Shown: positions 28,090-38,600 of the stretch, one piece after another
Position numbering within the stretch: position 1 is the first letter of the stretch
Layout: each line of letters opens with the position of its first letter
Assembly: GCA_951813535.1 (NCBI GenBank)
Contig: OX638345.1
Coordinates: 2,823,158-2,887,157, forward strand
Origin: an uncultured Dehalococcoidia bacterium
GTDB taxonomy: Bacteria; Chloroflexota; Dehalococcoidia; Lucifugimonadales; UBA3495
Reading direction: 5' to 3'
DNA length: 64,000 nt
Made by a program: the position numbers and the translations under genes
Notes under the pieces: generated by a model
The model's input: only the letters and a program-made list of their open reading frames with translations
Told to the model about the DNA's origin: nothing
The model's database searches: none

Positions 28090-28971
28090 TTACTCCTCCC
28101 CTCGGGCGCGCCGGATGGCGATGTTCAGGGTGCGGCGGGTCAGCACGTCCACCAGGTGGTGACGCTGGCGGATCGTGCCGCGCATGTCGGTAATGGGGCT
28201 GGCCGCTTCGCTGGCCAGTCGTCCGGCTTCTGCGATGGCGTCGTCAGAGACCGCCTTGCCGGCCAGGCTGTCGCCCGCCGCAGTAGCCAGAATCGGGGTT
28301 GGTCCCACTGAGGCCAGGGCGATGCGTGCGGATTGGACCGTCTGTCCGGAAGCGTCCAGAACCACCGAGGAGGAAACGCCGGCGACAGCGATGTCCATCT
28401 CATTCCGCGGGATGAAGCGAAGGTACGCAGTGCCCGAGTTGGCAACCGGCGCCGGGATTTGAATCCCTACCAAAATTTCGCCGGCTTCCAGGACACTCCT
28501 GCCGGGTCCGGTGCAGAAGTCCTCCGCCGCGACGGCACGCCAACCGTTAGGTCCGTTGATGTGCGCTTCGCCACCGAGAGTGATGATCGGGGGAATACTG
28601 TCCCCGGACGGCGCAGCGTTGCACAGGTTCCCGCCGATCGAAGCTCTGCCCTGGATCTGAATGCTTCCAATGAGGCCGGCGGCGTCGATCAGGCCAGGGT
28701 AAGCAGCGGCAACGGCCTGATTCTGATAGATCTCATAACAGGGGACAGCAGCGCCCAGGCGCAACCCGCTGTCGGTCAATTCGATCTGGTTCAACTCTGG
28801 GATCGTCTTGGCGTCCAACAGAACGTCCAGTTCTCGCCGGCCACCGCGGAGTTGGACAATAATGTCCGTTCCACCGGCCAACGGGCGGGCGCGATCGCCG
28901 TGTGCGGACAACACCGAAACGGCTTCGCTGAGAGATGTAGGGGCAACGTAGTCAATAGCTCGCATGGGCAC
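28090..28971 (-). CDS. FAD-binding medium subunit (CoxM-like)
   Basis: LAGGTDIIVQLR and ASIGGNLCNAAP motifs. 2-nt gap to the small subunit. Confidence 0.9.
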   Translation of the reverse strand: MPMRAIDYVAPTSLSEAVSVLSAHGDRARPLAGGTDIIVQLRGGRRELDVLLDAKTIPELNQIELTDSGLRLGAAVPCYEIYQNQAVAAAYPGLIDAAGLIGSIQIQGRASIGGNLCNAAPSGDSIPPIITLGGEAHINGPNGWRAVAAEDFCTGPGRSVLEAGEILVGIQIPAPVANSGTAYLRFIPRNEMDIAVAGVSSSVVLDASGQTVQSARIALASVGPTPILATAAGDSLAGKAVSDDAIAEAGRLASEAASPITDMRGTIRQRHHLVDVLTRRTLNIAIRRARGEE

Positions 28972-29127
28972 CTCCTCCGGCGCAGATTATAGCACGAACA
29001 ACGGGCTCGTCAGCGGTTGGGACACCCCGCCGGCGCTTGCACACGCGGTGCGCCGGCCGACGCAGCCACGCATCGGGGGACGGGCGCCATCATACCGTAT
29101 GCGGCCATGTTGCGCTACTGACGAACG

Positions 29128-29715
29128 CTATGGCGTAAGTATCGCCTGCAACCGGTCACGCACTGCCGGCCATTCGCTGTCGACGATGCCGTAGTAAACC
29201 GAATGTCGGTTCGCGCCGTCCCGGGCGATCCGGTGGTTACGCAACATGCCTTCCCGGACGGCGCCAATCCGTTCGATTGCGCGCCGCGACCGCACATTGC
29301 GATGGTCGGCTTTGAGGCAAACTCGCAAAGCTCCCAACTCTTCGAATGCGTGGCGCAGCAGCATGAATTTGCATTCGGTATTGACCGCGGTTCGCTGGTA
29401 CTCCGTGCCGTACCAAGTCATGCCGATCTCAAGCGCTCGGTTTGGGCGATCGATATCCAGGTAACCGGTGGAACCGATGGCGCGACCTTCAGCCTGATGG
29501 ACCACGGCGAATTGGACACGCTCCTCGCGCTCGTTCCGCGCCATACACGATTCAATCCACCCTTTCGCGTCATCGAGGCTGGTGAAGGCTGGCCTCGCGA
29601 GATAACGCCATATCGCTTCGTCAGTTCCGACCCGAAACAGGTCCTCCGCATGCTGAGGTCCGATGGGTTCCAAACGCACATGTTGTCCATTGAGGGTGAT
29701 CTGTTGCGGACTCAT
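29128..29715 (-). CDS. GNAT family N-acetyltransferase (RimJ/RimL-like)
   Basis: LRHAFEELGALRVCLKADHRNVRSRRAIERIGAVREG motif. ATG at 29715 follows AGAGGA. Confidence 0.82.
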   Translation of the reverse strand: MSPQQITLNGQHVRLEPIGPQHAEDLFRVGTDEAIWRYLARPAFTSLDDAKGWIESCMARNEREERVQFAVVHQAEGRAIGSTGYLDIDRPNRALEIGMTWYGTEYQRTAVNTECKFMLLRHAFEELGALRVCLKADHRNVRSRRAIERIGAVREGMLRNHRIARDGANRHSVYYGIVDSEWPAVRDRLQAILTP

Positions 29716-29779
29716 AGGGTTTCCTCTGCGGCGAGATTTTTGCAATTCGTGAGGGCAAATATTCAAACCACGTCCGCGG

Positions 29780-31129
29780 TCAGTTGCCGTCACCGCCTGA
29801 CGGTGATGTCAGGGGAGCGCGTGCTTCCGTGCCGATCCAGCGGCGGCGCGTACTGGCCGGCGGATTCGGCCGCGTGGCAAACAGAAAAGCAACCGCACTC
29901 ACGAGGTACAACGGCGTGAACACCGCCAGGACGTAATAGTAGCTACCCGTTCGGTCAAAAACCAACCCCGAAGCGTATGGGGAAATGAACATTCCCACGT
30001 TCATGAACAGGCTCATGAAGCCCATCAACGTCGCGAACCGCGCGCGGCCGTAATAGTCGGACAGCATCAGCCAGTTCACCGATGTAATTCCTTCAACTAT
30101 AGCGATGCCCACCACGAACAGCAAAAGCCCGGTCAGCCCCGGGCCAATCCACAAGCCTCCCATGCCGACGGCTCCGATTACCATACCGATGGCGAGGAGG
30201 ACGTTGCCGCGGAACTTTCCTGACGTGACTCCCATGATGAACCGCAGGGGGATACCCAGGAAGAACATGGCCGCCACCCAAGCCGCCGCTTCATTCTCGG
30301 ACATGCCGCGCAGCGTCATGATCGGAAAAACATGCACCAGCATTCCGTTGGTCACGGATACGCGCAGGATAGCGCCCACCATGATCAGCCAGTAAGTGCG
30401 CGTAGCGATCGCCTCGCGAAACGAAAAACTGGTGTCGCCTGCTCCCCGGCTATTGCGCCGCGCAGAGCCCGATCCGTTTCCTGAGCCAGCCGGGGGATCG
30501 CCGTCAGGCAAAAGGCCCATGTCCTCGGGACGACTGCGGATGAAAAACGCAGCCGGCAACGTCATCGCTACGATGAAAACCCCGATCCAGAACAGCGTGT
30601 CCCTCCATCCGATCTGCTGAATTCCAAGGTTCAGGAGGAGCACTACGAAGGCGCCGCCGCCCGCGAATGCCGTCATGAGCGTCGACATCGCCACTGAACG
30701 ACGCCGAATAAACCATTGATTGACCGCCGCCATCAGGGTCTGGCCGAACCCCGCGCTTTTCCCCAGCGAAATGATGCCAGAGAACAAGATCACGAGTTCC
30801 CAATAACTGTCCGCCCTTGACAGGAAGATCGTCCCGACGCCGGCCATCAGTCCGCCGGCCAAAATCATTGGCCGGGCTCCATAACGGTCGACTGCCCAAC
30901 CTACCAGGGGCCCCCCAGCGCTGCCTTCAGCCCGCGCGAGGCTGAAAACCAGCGACATCTGCGCGGAGGTTAAGCCCAGTTCGGTCCTGATAGGTACAAA
31001 AAATCTCGGGAACCCCTGGGATATCGACCCGTTCCCGAACATACCCAATAGCGAGGAAACGACGACGACCCACCAGCCATAGAAAATGCGGGGCCGCCGC
31101 CGCTGCATGTCACCTTCTGTATCTGTCAC
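29780..31129 (-). CDS. MFS transporter (OFA-like)
   Basis: FYGWWVVV and GWAVDRYGARP motifs with 12 hydrophobic segments. Alternative start at 31108. Confidence 0.85.
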   Translation of the reverse strand: MTDTEGDMQRRRPRIFYGWWVVVVSSLLGMFGNGSISQGFPRFFVPIRTELGLTSAQMSLVFSLARAEGSAGGPLVGWAVDRYGARPMILAGGLMAGVGTIFLSRADSYWELVILFSGIISLGKSAGFGQTLMAAVNQWFIRRRSVAMSTLMTAFAGGGAFVVLLLNLGIQQIGWRDTLFWIGVFIVAMTLPAAFFIRSRPEDMGLLPDGDPPAGSGNGSGSARRNSRGAGDTSFSFREAIATRTYWLIMVGAILRVSVTNGMLVHVFPIMTLRGMSENEAAAWVAAMFFLGIPLRFIMGVTSGKFRGNVLLAIGMVIGAVGMGGLWIGPGLTGLLLFVVGIAIVEGITSVNWLMLSDYYGRARFATLMGFMSLFMNVGMFISPYASGLVFDRTGSYYYVLAVFTPLYLVSAVAFLFATRPNPPASTRRRWIGTEARAPLTSPSGGDGN

Positions 31130-31207
31130 GGCAAAAGTTATGAGTGGACACCTGCATTACGGAGGGACGCGTGCCTTTTGCAAGGCACTGTGTGATGGAT
31201 TCCCGTG

Positions 31208-31561
31208 TCACTTCTCGGGTAGGAACCACGGTTGCGCAGCCGCTTCGTCGGGCCAAAGGAATTCGAAGCCGGACCGCAAAGCATTCTGGCGGTCCAGGTC
31301 CTCGCGGTCACCGATATGGTAGTAAGCGTCTGCATTGAAATCGGATTTGACACCTGCCAGCAGGTGTTTCGCGACGGCAAAATCCACGTTGATCTGGTGT
31401 TCTTCCCACAGAGACCGCTGGCTGCTGGGCGGGCGGTCCGAGCAACTCCCGATGAGGAACCCTTTGTCCTGTACGATCCTCACCATTTCCATGGTCAGTG
31501 GGCCCGGAGGATCGCCTACCTCCAGCGTGCCGTCGATGTCAAAACTGATGAGAATAGCCAT
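31208..31561 (-). CDS. small HAD-like hydrolase
   Basis: ISFDIDGTLE (DxDGT motif I) and a GD..D-type motif near the C-terminus. 117 aa. Confidence 0.55.
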   Translation of the reverse strand: MAILISFDIDGTLEVGDPPGPLTMEMVRIVQDKGFLIGSCSDRPPSSQRSLWEEHQINVDFAVAKHLLAGVKSDFNADAYYHIGDREDLDRQNALRSGFEFLWPDEAAAQPWFLPEK

Positions 31562-31660
31562 TTGTCTCCTCTTGTGATTTGTCGGGCGCCTAAACCCGAA
31601 AATTGGGCGACCCCGTAAGGCCGCCCAAAGCGACGATGTGTTCCGAGCCCGTACCGGTAA

Positions 31661-32992
31661 TTAGTCCGGTGTCGCGCTCCAAACCGTGAAATTGCCACCC
31701 ATGGGCATCGGTCCACCGGAAACCGCAATCTCCGGCTTGACTCCGGTTAAAGACCGTGCGCCGGCTCGTCCCTGGATTTGCTGCATGCAATCGGTGTGCA
31801 TCCAGAACCGACTCCTTCCGCTGCCGATGTTGCCACCGCTGGAAAGGATCGGGTTGGGCCCCTCAATGCTGATGTCCGTCTGGTAAAAGTCCAGGGCGTC
31901 GCCGGGCTGCATCCCCCGGTAACGTAGCCCCTCGATGTGGAACTGATGGAACTGGGCGAACCCGTCGTACATGTTCTCGAAGGAGAGGTCGTCGGCGGTG
32001 ATGCCCGCGCCCTCGTAGATCTTTCGACCGGTTGCCGCGGTTTCCGCCTCCACTTCCTCCAGCGTCGGCGTTATGCTGCGCGCAACACCGCGACTGGAGG
32101 CATGGTTGAGGATGTACACCGGTTTCTGCGCCATGTCTTGGGCTCTATCCGCGGTCGTGAACAGGTAGGCTGCGGCAACCATGATCGGTATGTCGTTGTC
32201 GAAGAGGTTGGCCGGCTTGGCGATCCAACGGGAGGACAGATAATCCTCGGGCGTCAACTGTTCGGGACGATGCTGCGCCCAATATCCTTCGGGGAACAAA
32301 AGGCCGTTTCGCCTCGAGTTCTGCATGAACGGCGCCATCATGTCGTGGTTCTTGCCGTACTTGGTGCAATATTGCGCAAATTGCAGCGCCGTACCAAAGC
32401 AGCCGGGAGCTCCCCACAGCGTACGGCCCGGGCTGATCGCGAAACTGCCGGGAACCTCGTCGGACGCGCTGATGCCGCCGTGATTGTAACGACCCTCGAG
32501 GTTGTGCCAGCCCTTGAGCACGAGGCAGTTGCTCGCGAGACCGTCACCCACGGCTTGCGCTGCCACCACGATGGCGGCAGACATACATCCCGGCGCGTAC
32601 ATGGTGAACTTCACGTTTGTCAGCTCGGGCATGTTTTTGATAATCCATTCCGCGCTTAACTGCCCTACGCCATCCAGGGGGTCATCAGTCGGATTAAACG
32701 CGTTTACCACATCCATCGGCACCGGCTGGTCCTCGGGCCAGTGAGCGCCGGTGGTCGTGACTGGAACCAGGACAAGACCATCCACCTGGTCCGGGGATAC
32801 TCCAGCGTCGGCTATCGCCGTGCGCAGGGCCTGGATGCTGAGCGCCCCCACCGATGTTTCAGCTCGGCCATCCCAGCGACGCGCTGTTGGCGAGTGCCCA
32901 ATACCTACCGATGCGACCTTTCCCCGGTGTTCCCATACTCCCAGACCTTCGGTGGAACGATACATCGATTCCGGAGCCATTTGGGTCGTCAT
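31661..32992 (-). CDS. thiolase-like (SCP-x/Ltp-type) protein
   Basis: Thiolase-fold length and motifs (YAPGCMSAAIVVAAQAV, GGNIGSGR). AAGGAG RBS before ATG 32992. Paired with DUF35. Confidence 0.82.
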   Translation of the reverse strand: MTTQMAPESMYRSTEGLGVWEHRGKVASVGIGHSPTARRWDGRAETSVGALSIQALRTAIADAGVSPDQVDGLVLVPVTTTGAHWPEDQPVPMDVVNAFNPTDDPLDGVGQLSAEWIIKNMPELTNVKFTMYAPGCMSAAIVVAAQAVGDGLASNCLVLKGWHNLEGRYNHGGISASDEVPGSFAISPGRTLWGAPGCFGTALQFAQYCTKYGKNHDMMAPFMQNSRRNGLLFPEGYWAQHRPEQLTPEDYLSSRWIAKPANLFDNDIPIMVAAAYLFTTADRAQDMAQKPVYILNHASSRGVARSITPTLEEVEAETAATGRKIYEGAGITADDLSFENMYDGFAQFHQFHIEGLRYRGMQPGDALDFYQTDISIEGPNPILSSGGNIGSGRSRFWMHTDCMQQIQGRAGARSLTGVKPEIAVSGGPMPMGGNFTVWSATPD

Positions 32993-33070
32993 ATCTAACT
33001 CCTTGCGTTTGCGATCACGGTACCGCCGGTGGCGGGCTTACCAGCGCGCCCAGGGAGGGCGCGGTCGCTG

Positions 33071-33481
33071 TCAGGTTACAACCTGCCACTCGGGGACCTT
33101 TTGGCCGTTTGCGGTGGCCTCGAAAATCACCTGCACGGCGCCTCCCACTGGCACTTCATCGGCGGGGACTCCTGGCAAATGGGAATACATGAGAATGCCC
33201 GGATCCTCGTCCAACATGATCGCAGCCAGGTTGAAGGGTAGATCTTCCTTGAGGGAAGCTACTGGGCAGTCATACACGACGCCATAGTTATAGATCTTGC
33301 CCCTGCCGCTCATCTGCTTCCATTCCATGTTGTCTCCGGACCCGCACCGGTCGCAAGCTGCGCGCGGCGGGAAATGCAACCGGTCACAGGCGGAGCAATT
33401 CTGGATGACCAGTCGCCCTTCATTGGCGGCTTCGAAAAACGGCCTGTTCAAATCTTCGGGCACCACACCCTGCTTAACCAT
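33071..33481 (-). CDS. Zn-ribbon/OB-fold protein (DUF35)
   Basis: CSACDRLHFPPRAACDRCGS zinc-ribbon followed by an OB-fold region. ATG at 33481 follows AGGAG. Confidence 0.85.
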   Translation of the reverse strand: MVKQGVVPEDLNRPFFEAANEGRLVIQNCSACDRLHFPPRAACDRCGSGDNMEWKQMSGRGKIYNYGVVYDCPVASLKEDLPFNLAAIMLDEDPGILMYSHLPGVPADEVPVGGAVQVIFEATANGQKVPEWQVVT

Positions 33482-33716
33482 GTGTCTCCTCGCACGATGC
33501 GAATTTCCCGGCAATCGTGCCGGGAAAGCGATCAGAAAGATGGAATTTTGGGTACGGGAAAGAATATGCGTCAAACGAGCCCGATGTCAAGCACGGTCGT
33601 TCGCCCGCCACACGGGTGCCGAGAGCGCCGACAATCGTTTGATTCGATCCACCGGCCGCGGCATCGGATTGGCCTTGGTGTCGGCTTGATTCCCTCCGGG
33701 TGTGACAGATCCCAAA

Positions 33717-35561
33717 TCACGGTCGCACTGTGGTAGTGACCAGACCCGGGTTGGGGGGGATCACCACCCCAGATGGGACAACGACCGCAAACTCCACGGG
33801 GAAACTGATAACCCCTCGCTCGGTTTTGGCATCCGGCGATATTTCCCGCACTTCGGCTTCCAACATCAATTCGGGCAGCGCCGCCACCGTCACTGATCCG
33901 GGCGTGCCGACTTTGATCCGTTCCACGTTGTTAGCTTCTACCAGACCCCTAATCGAAATGTTTGTCGGATCGACCAGTTGCATGACGCGAGCATCCACGG
34001 TGATTACATCGCCCTTCTTAACCGTCACCAGACGAACCATGCCCGAGAAAGGCGCGCGCAAAACGGAGCGTTCCAGATCTTCCGAAATCTCATCGTAGTC
34101 GGATTTGGTATTGTCGAGATTGGCTTGCGCCAAAGCAACGGCCGCGGCGTCAGGACCCGCCGCTAGTTCGTCCCTGGCCTCGCTGGCGGTGACGATTTGC
34201 TGATTCAGATCCGTCAGCACCGCCTGGTCGATGCCTTCGTCGAGTCGAGCCAGCCTGGATTCAGCAGCCTCCAGTGCGAGACGGGCACTTTCCACGCCGG
34301 CTTCAAGACTCGCCAGTTTCAACTGGTCGATACCTCGCTCCAATTCAGCTAGGTCCCGCTCCGCTCGTTCCAGCGTTTCTTCTGCGACCAGGACGTTGGC
34401 TTCAAGGCGATCCAGCTCAGTCTGATCCGGTCCCACCAGCTCATCCCTCAATTGGCGATTCAGCCTCTCCAGCTCGGACTGCAGTCTGGAAACGGTGGCT
34501 TGGGCTCCGGTACGGTCAACTTCCTTGGGACCCGCTTCCAAATCAGACAGTTCCGTCTCCCATTGCTCAACATCACGTTTGGCTGAATCGACCGCCGCCT
34601 GCAACGCCTCGAATTTAACCACGTCGAAATTCCGCCCATCCTCCAGGCTGTGGAATTGTCCTTCAATCACCATGACGTGGAACTCGGCGAACGCATCCTC
34701 GGCCTTTTCGAGATTGGCTTCCGCTGCAGCCAACTGCACTCGGGCCAACGCCAGCTGTTGAGCGTGATCCAGGTCAAAATCCCGGACCATGTCGCGCGCC
34801 TGGTCCAGAGCGTTTTCCGTCTCGGCAATCTGAGACTCGAGTGCCGCAACCGCTTCGTTGTGCAGCGGCAGGAAGTCGGTGACCGCGTCTCGAGCGGCGT
34901 TTAGATTGGACCGTGCTTCGGAACGCCGGGCCAATGCCGCCGCGAAGCTCTCCCCATGGGTGTCGGCAAAATCCTCCACTGCATCCTCCGCTTGATCCAA
35001 AGCGAATTTGGCGTCAGCCACCGCTTTGCGCTCAGCGCCGAGCGCCACTTCATATTCGAGAACGTAATCCTCCAGATTGTCACGAGAATTTTGCAACCTC
35101 AATTCCGCTTTGGCCAAATCGCTTTCCGCCCGGGCCCGAACCAGCGGGTCCTGCGATTCCAGGCCCAACACGCGATCCAACTCCTCCTGGGATTTTTCTA
35201 TTTGGTAGAGGCTCTGCGCTCCAGCGTATCGCAAATTCCTGATGGTCTCGGAGTCAACGGTTGCCAGAACGTCGCCCGCCGACACCGTGTCTCCGGCGAT
35301 CACGTTCACCGCTCCAACCTCGCCCGATATTTCGAATGCGAGGTCCGCACTTTCGGCAAACACCAACTGGCTGGGCACATCGAATCCGCGGGACTCCACG
35401 GGGGCCGCCGCGCGGGCCGCCGCACGTTGCGTTGGTTCGGCAGTCTCATCTGCGAACCGCCCACATGCGGACGCGATCAGTGCGCACGCACTAATCAGCA
35501 TTACAAACGTGATTGCCGAGCGACGGGATGCAAACCCGCAACAGGTTCTACTCAGACGCAA
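33717..35561 (-). CDS. HlyD-family efflux periplasmic adaptor, lipoprotein-type, with extended coiled coil
   Basis: Lipobox-like LIASAC, a lipoyl-like motif (ISGEVGAVNVIAGDTVSAGDVLATVD), about 350 aa of coiled coil, and a beta-barrel C-terminus (LRAPFSGMV). Confidence 0.8.
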   Translation of the reverse strand: MRLSRTCCGFASRRSAITFVMLISACALIASACGRFADETAEPTQRAAARAAAPVESRGFDVPSQLVFAESADLAFEISGEVGAVNVIAGDTVSAGDVLATVDSETIRNLRYAGAQSLYQIEKSQEELDRVLGLESQDPLVRARAESDLAKAELRLQNSRDNLEDYVLEYEVALGAERKAVADAKFALDQAEDAVEDFADTHGESFAAALARRSEARSNLNAARDAVTDFLPLHNEAVAALESQIAETENALDQARDMVRDFDLDHAQQLALARVQLAAAEANLEKAEDAFAEFHVMVIEGQFHSLEDGRNFDVVKFEALQAAVDSAKRDVEQWETELSDLEAGPKEVDRTGAQATVSRLQSELERLNRQLRDELVGPDQTELDRLEANVLVAEETLERAERDLAELERGIDQLKLASLEAGVESARLALEAAESRLARLDEGIDQAVLTDLNQQIVTASEARDELAAGPDAAAVALAQANLDNTKSDYDEISEDLERSVLRAPFSGMVRLVTVKKGDVITVDARVMQLVDPTNISIRGLVEANNVERIKVGTPGSVTVAALPELMLEAEVREISPDAKTERGVISFPVEFAVVVPSGVVIPPNPGLVTTTVRP

Positions 35562-35609
35562 AGGATCACCTCGACGAGGGTCAACGGAATGTTCTGGACG
35601 GAGTTTTGA

Positions 35610-38600
35610 TTACGATGGATCATGCTGCGCAACCGGCCGGCGTGTTATTCGGCGGAACACGGATATCCAGGCTTTCGGAATCGCGTCGTGCAACAGCATA
35701 TAGGTCACCGGCACTGCGACCAACGTGAGGAACGTCGAGCTGATCAGTCCGCCGATAACCACCGTGGCCAGTTCTGCGCCGACCAACCCGCTGGTATCGC
35801 TAAACGCCAGCGGAAATAGCGCAAGTATGGTGGTGAACGCGGTCATCAGGATTGGACGCAGCCGCGTGCGGCCTGAAAGAATCATGGCATCAAGCGCGCC
35901 GAGGCCCTGGGACCGCAGTTGCGAGACAAAAGTAATCAGGACTATCGCATTGGTCACGACGATCCCGATCAGGAACAGGAAGCCCATCAGGGACGGCAGG
36001 CTCAGAGCGCGTCCGGTAATCGTCAAAGCAATCAATGCACCGACCACCGCCATCGGCATGCTCAGGACCACGATGAAAGGATCTCGCAGGGACCCCAAGG
36101 TAGCCACCATCACCAGATACACAAGCGCGAGCCCGATCAACATGGCCAGGTACACATTGTTGAACTGCTCCTGGATGTCGCTCGCAAAACCTCCCTGCCG
36201 AATCTCGACTCCTGCCGGCAGATCGGTATTCTCGACTATTCGATCGATGCGCGCGCTGATGGCCTGTGGATCGTTCCCAAGGAACTCACCAGTGATCGTG
36301 ACGGACCGATCGCTGTCGTAATGGGTGACCAGCGATGGACCCACGGTCCTCTTGGCTTCAGTAATTGAGCCCAGCGTGGCTGTTCCTAATGGTCCGCCGA
36401 TGGACAGGTTCTGCAGTTCTGAAACGTCGTCCACGCGTTCCGCTGGGCCACGCACCACCACATCATAGGTTTCCCCCAGGAGGTTGACGTTGGCTGCGTC
36501 GACACCGTACACCCAGGTTCGGACCTGCGCAGCGACTGCCGAGGCAGTCAATCCGTAGCGTCTGGCTTCTGACGCGTCAACCTCAAACGTCAACTCTTCG
36601 CTATTGTCGCTCAAGTTGGTCTTCAAGTTGACCACGCCTTCCAATGGTTCAATTCGGTCCACCAAACCTTGGGACACACGTCGCACCTGACTATAGTCGC
36701 TGCCGATCACCGCCATCTCGATGCCCGCCTGAGGAGGTCCCGCGGAGTCAACGAACAATTGGACGTCTACGCCGTCTTTGGTGGGAAAGTCCGCACGCAG
36801 TTGCGAATCGAAGTCGGTTGGAGCGGTTTCGGACAGGGCGATAAAGAACCCGGCGACGTCGTATCCAGACTCGCCCACCGCGGGTCCGAAGTCCTGGCTC
36901 GTTGAACCAAGGGTGGCCTGGTACGAGGCGATATAGCCGGTGTCGACGTAGCCATCCAGTATCGTTTCGATCTCCCGAACTTCACGGTGGATCGCCGTTG
37001 CTCCAGTGTTTTCAGGCATGGTGACATCTATGCGCATCGACTGCGCTTCGCCTGACGAAAACAACGTGATCGGCAGCACGAAAATCAGGGGCAGAGTGGC
37101 TCCCACCGCAGCGATACAGCCGAGGACGGTAATGAGCGGATGATTCAGAGCCCAGGTCAAGACGGGCGTGTAAATGCGCTGCAACCAGGTGTCTTGCGAG
37201 ACGGAGTCGTCCTCGTCCGCCATGTCGCCGGCGCGCAGCAGCAACGAGGCCAGCACGGGAACCGCCGTCAGCGCAATGAAGGTAGACGCCAACAGCGAAA
37301 CGCAAACGGTTTGCGCAAACGGCAGGAAGAATTCTCCAACGATCCCGGGGATGAAACCCAGCGGCAGGAACACGGCCACCGTGGTCAACGTGGAGGCCAG
37401 GATAGCGGGGCCCACTTCGCGAGTGCCGCGAATGGCCGCGGTCAGCCCGGGATCATCCCCCAACGGCGCCATGCGATAGGCCGTGAATTCGGGCCCCTGC
37501 ATGAGATGCCGCGCGGCTCCTGCCTGCACGTGGCGATAGATGTTTTCCAGAACGACGATGCTGTCATCGACGATCCGGCCGACGGCTATCGCCAACCCGG
37601 CGAGACTCATGAAGTTAAGCGTCCAATCCATGACCGCCATTACCAGGATGGTGATCATGATGCTCAACGGAATAGAAATCGCGATTATCACCGTGGGTCG
37701 GAGGGTTTGCAGTATTCCCCGTATCGCCGTAGGGCGGAGTTGCAGCAGGAACAAGAAAATCGCGATCACAGCGATAACGAAGCCCAACCCGCCCTGGCCC
37801 ACCACGCTGGTGAGCTGCTCTTCCAACTCCGGCCCGTCGTTGTAAAGCACATCTACCCGCACGTCAGGCGGAAGTTGCAACCCTTCGATGACGCCCGCCA
37901 ACTCCCTCGTAACCTCAATGGTGTTCCCGTCCGGGAGCTGCAACACTTGAAGTGAGATGCTGGGCTGCCCGTTGGTGCGCGACACGGTGGCCGCATTCGG
38001 AGTGTCCACTCGCACCGTGGCGACGTCGTCCAAGATGATCGGTGTGCCGCCATCGTCCGTCGATGGCGCGCCGACTGTACTGAGCGTAGCCCGCCGATAA
38101 TCGACCGGCAAATCGCGAATGGAATCCAGATCGCCGTACCCACGATAGGTCCGCAAACCGAGGGAGCGGTCGCCGTTATCCAATGAGCCGGCGTTGAGGT
38201 CAACCGAGTTTCCGGATACCGCGTTGACCACGTCTTGTATGCTGAGCCCGTGCTCATCGCTGCGAACCGGGTCTACGACTACCGAAACGCGCTCTTCAAC
38301 TCCGCCTTCCACGTTCACGTCGTAGACGCCGTCTACCGCTTCCAGGCGGGGCAGGATTTCATCGTCCACGATGCGTTGCAGGTCCGGGATATCCCGTTCC
38401 CCGCTGACGCTCAACCACATGATGGGGAAAATGTCGGAGGTCAACCGCAGGACATACGGATCCCCCGCCTCTTCCCGAAGCTGGAGACCGTTCACCCGAC
38501 TGCGGATTTCCTCCTCTGCCGACTCGACATCCGCGCCGGGAGTAAAGTTCGCCGTTACAAGCGACATAGTCGGCGTCGAAATCGACGTGGTTTTTTCCAG

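Noticed and set aside
25238-28971. Carbon monoxide dehydrogenase (CoxMSL) call
   Set aside because: The large subunit shows AAYRAPGS at the relevant region, not the VAYRCSFR (form I) or AYRGAGR (form II) active-site loops. It is kept as a generic molybdenum hydroxylase.
32993-33073. Read-through of the DUF35 TGA into the same-frame thiolase gene
   Set aside because: The frame hits TAA 10 codons after the TGA. The thiolase gene also has its own AAGGAG RBS and ATG.
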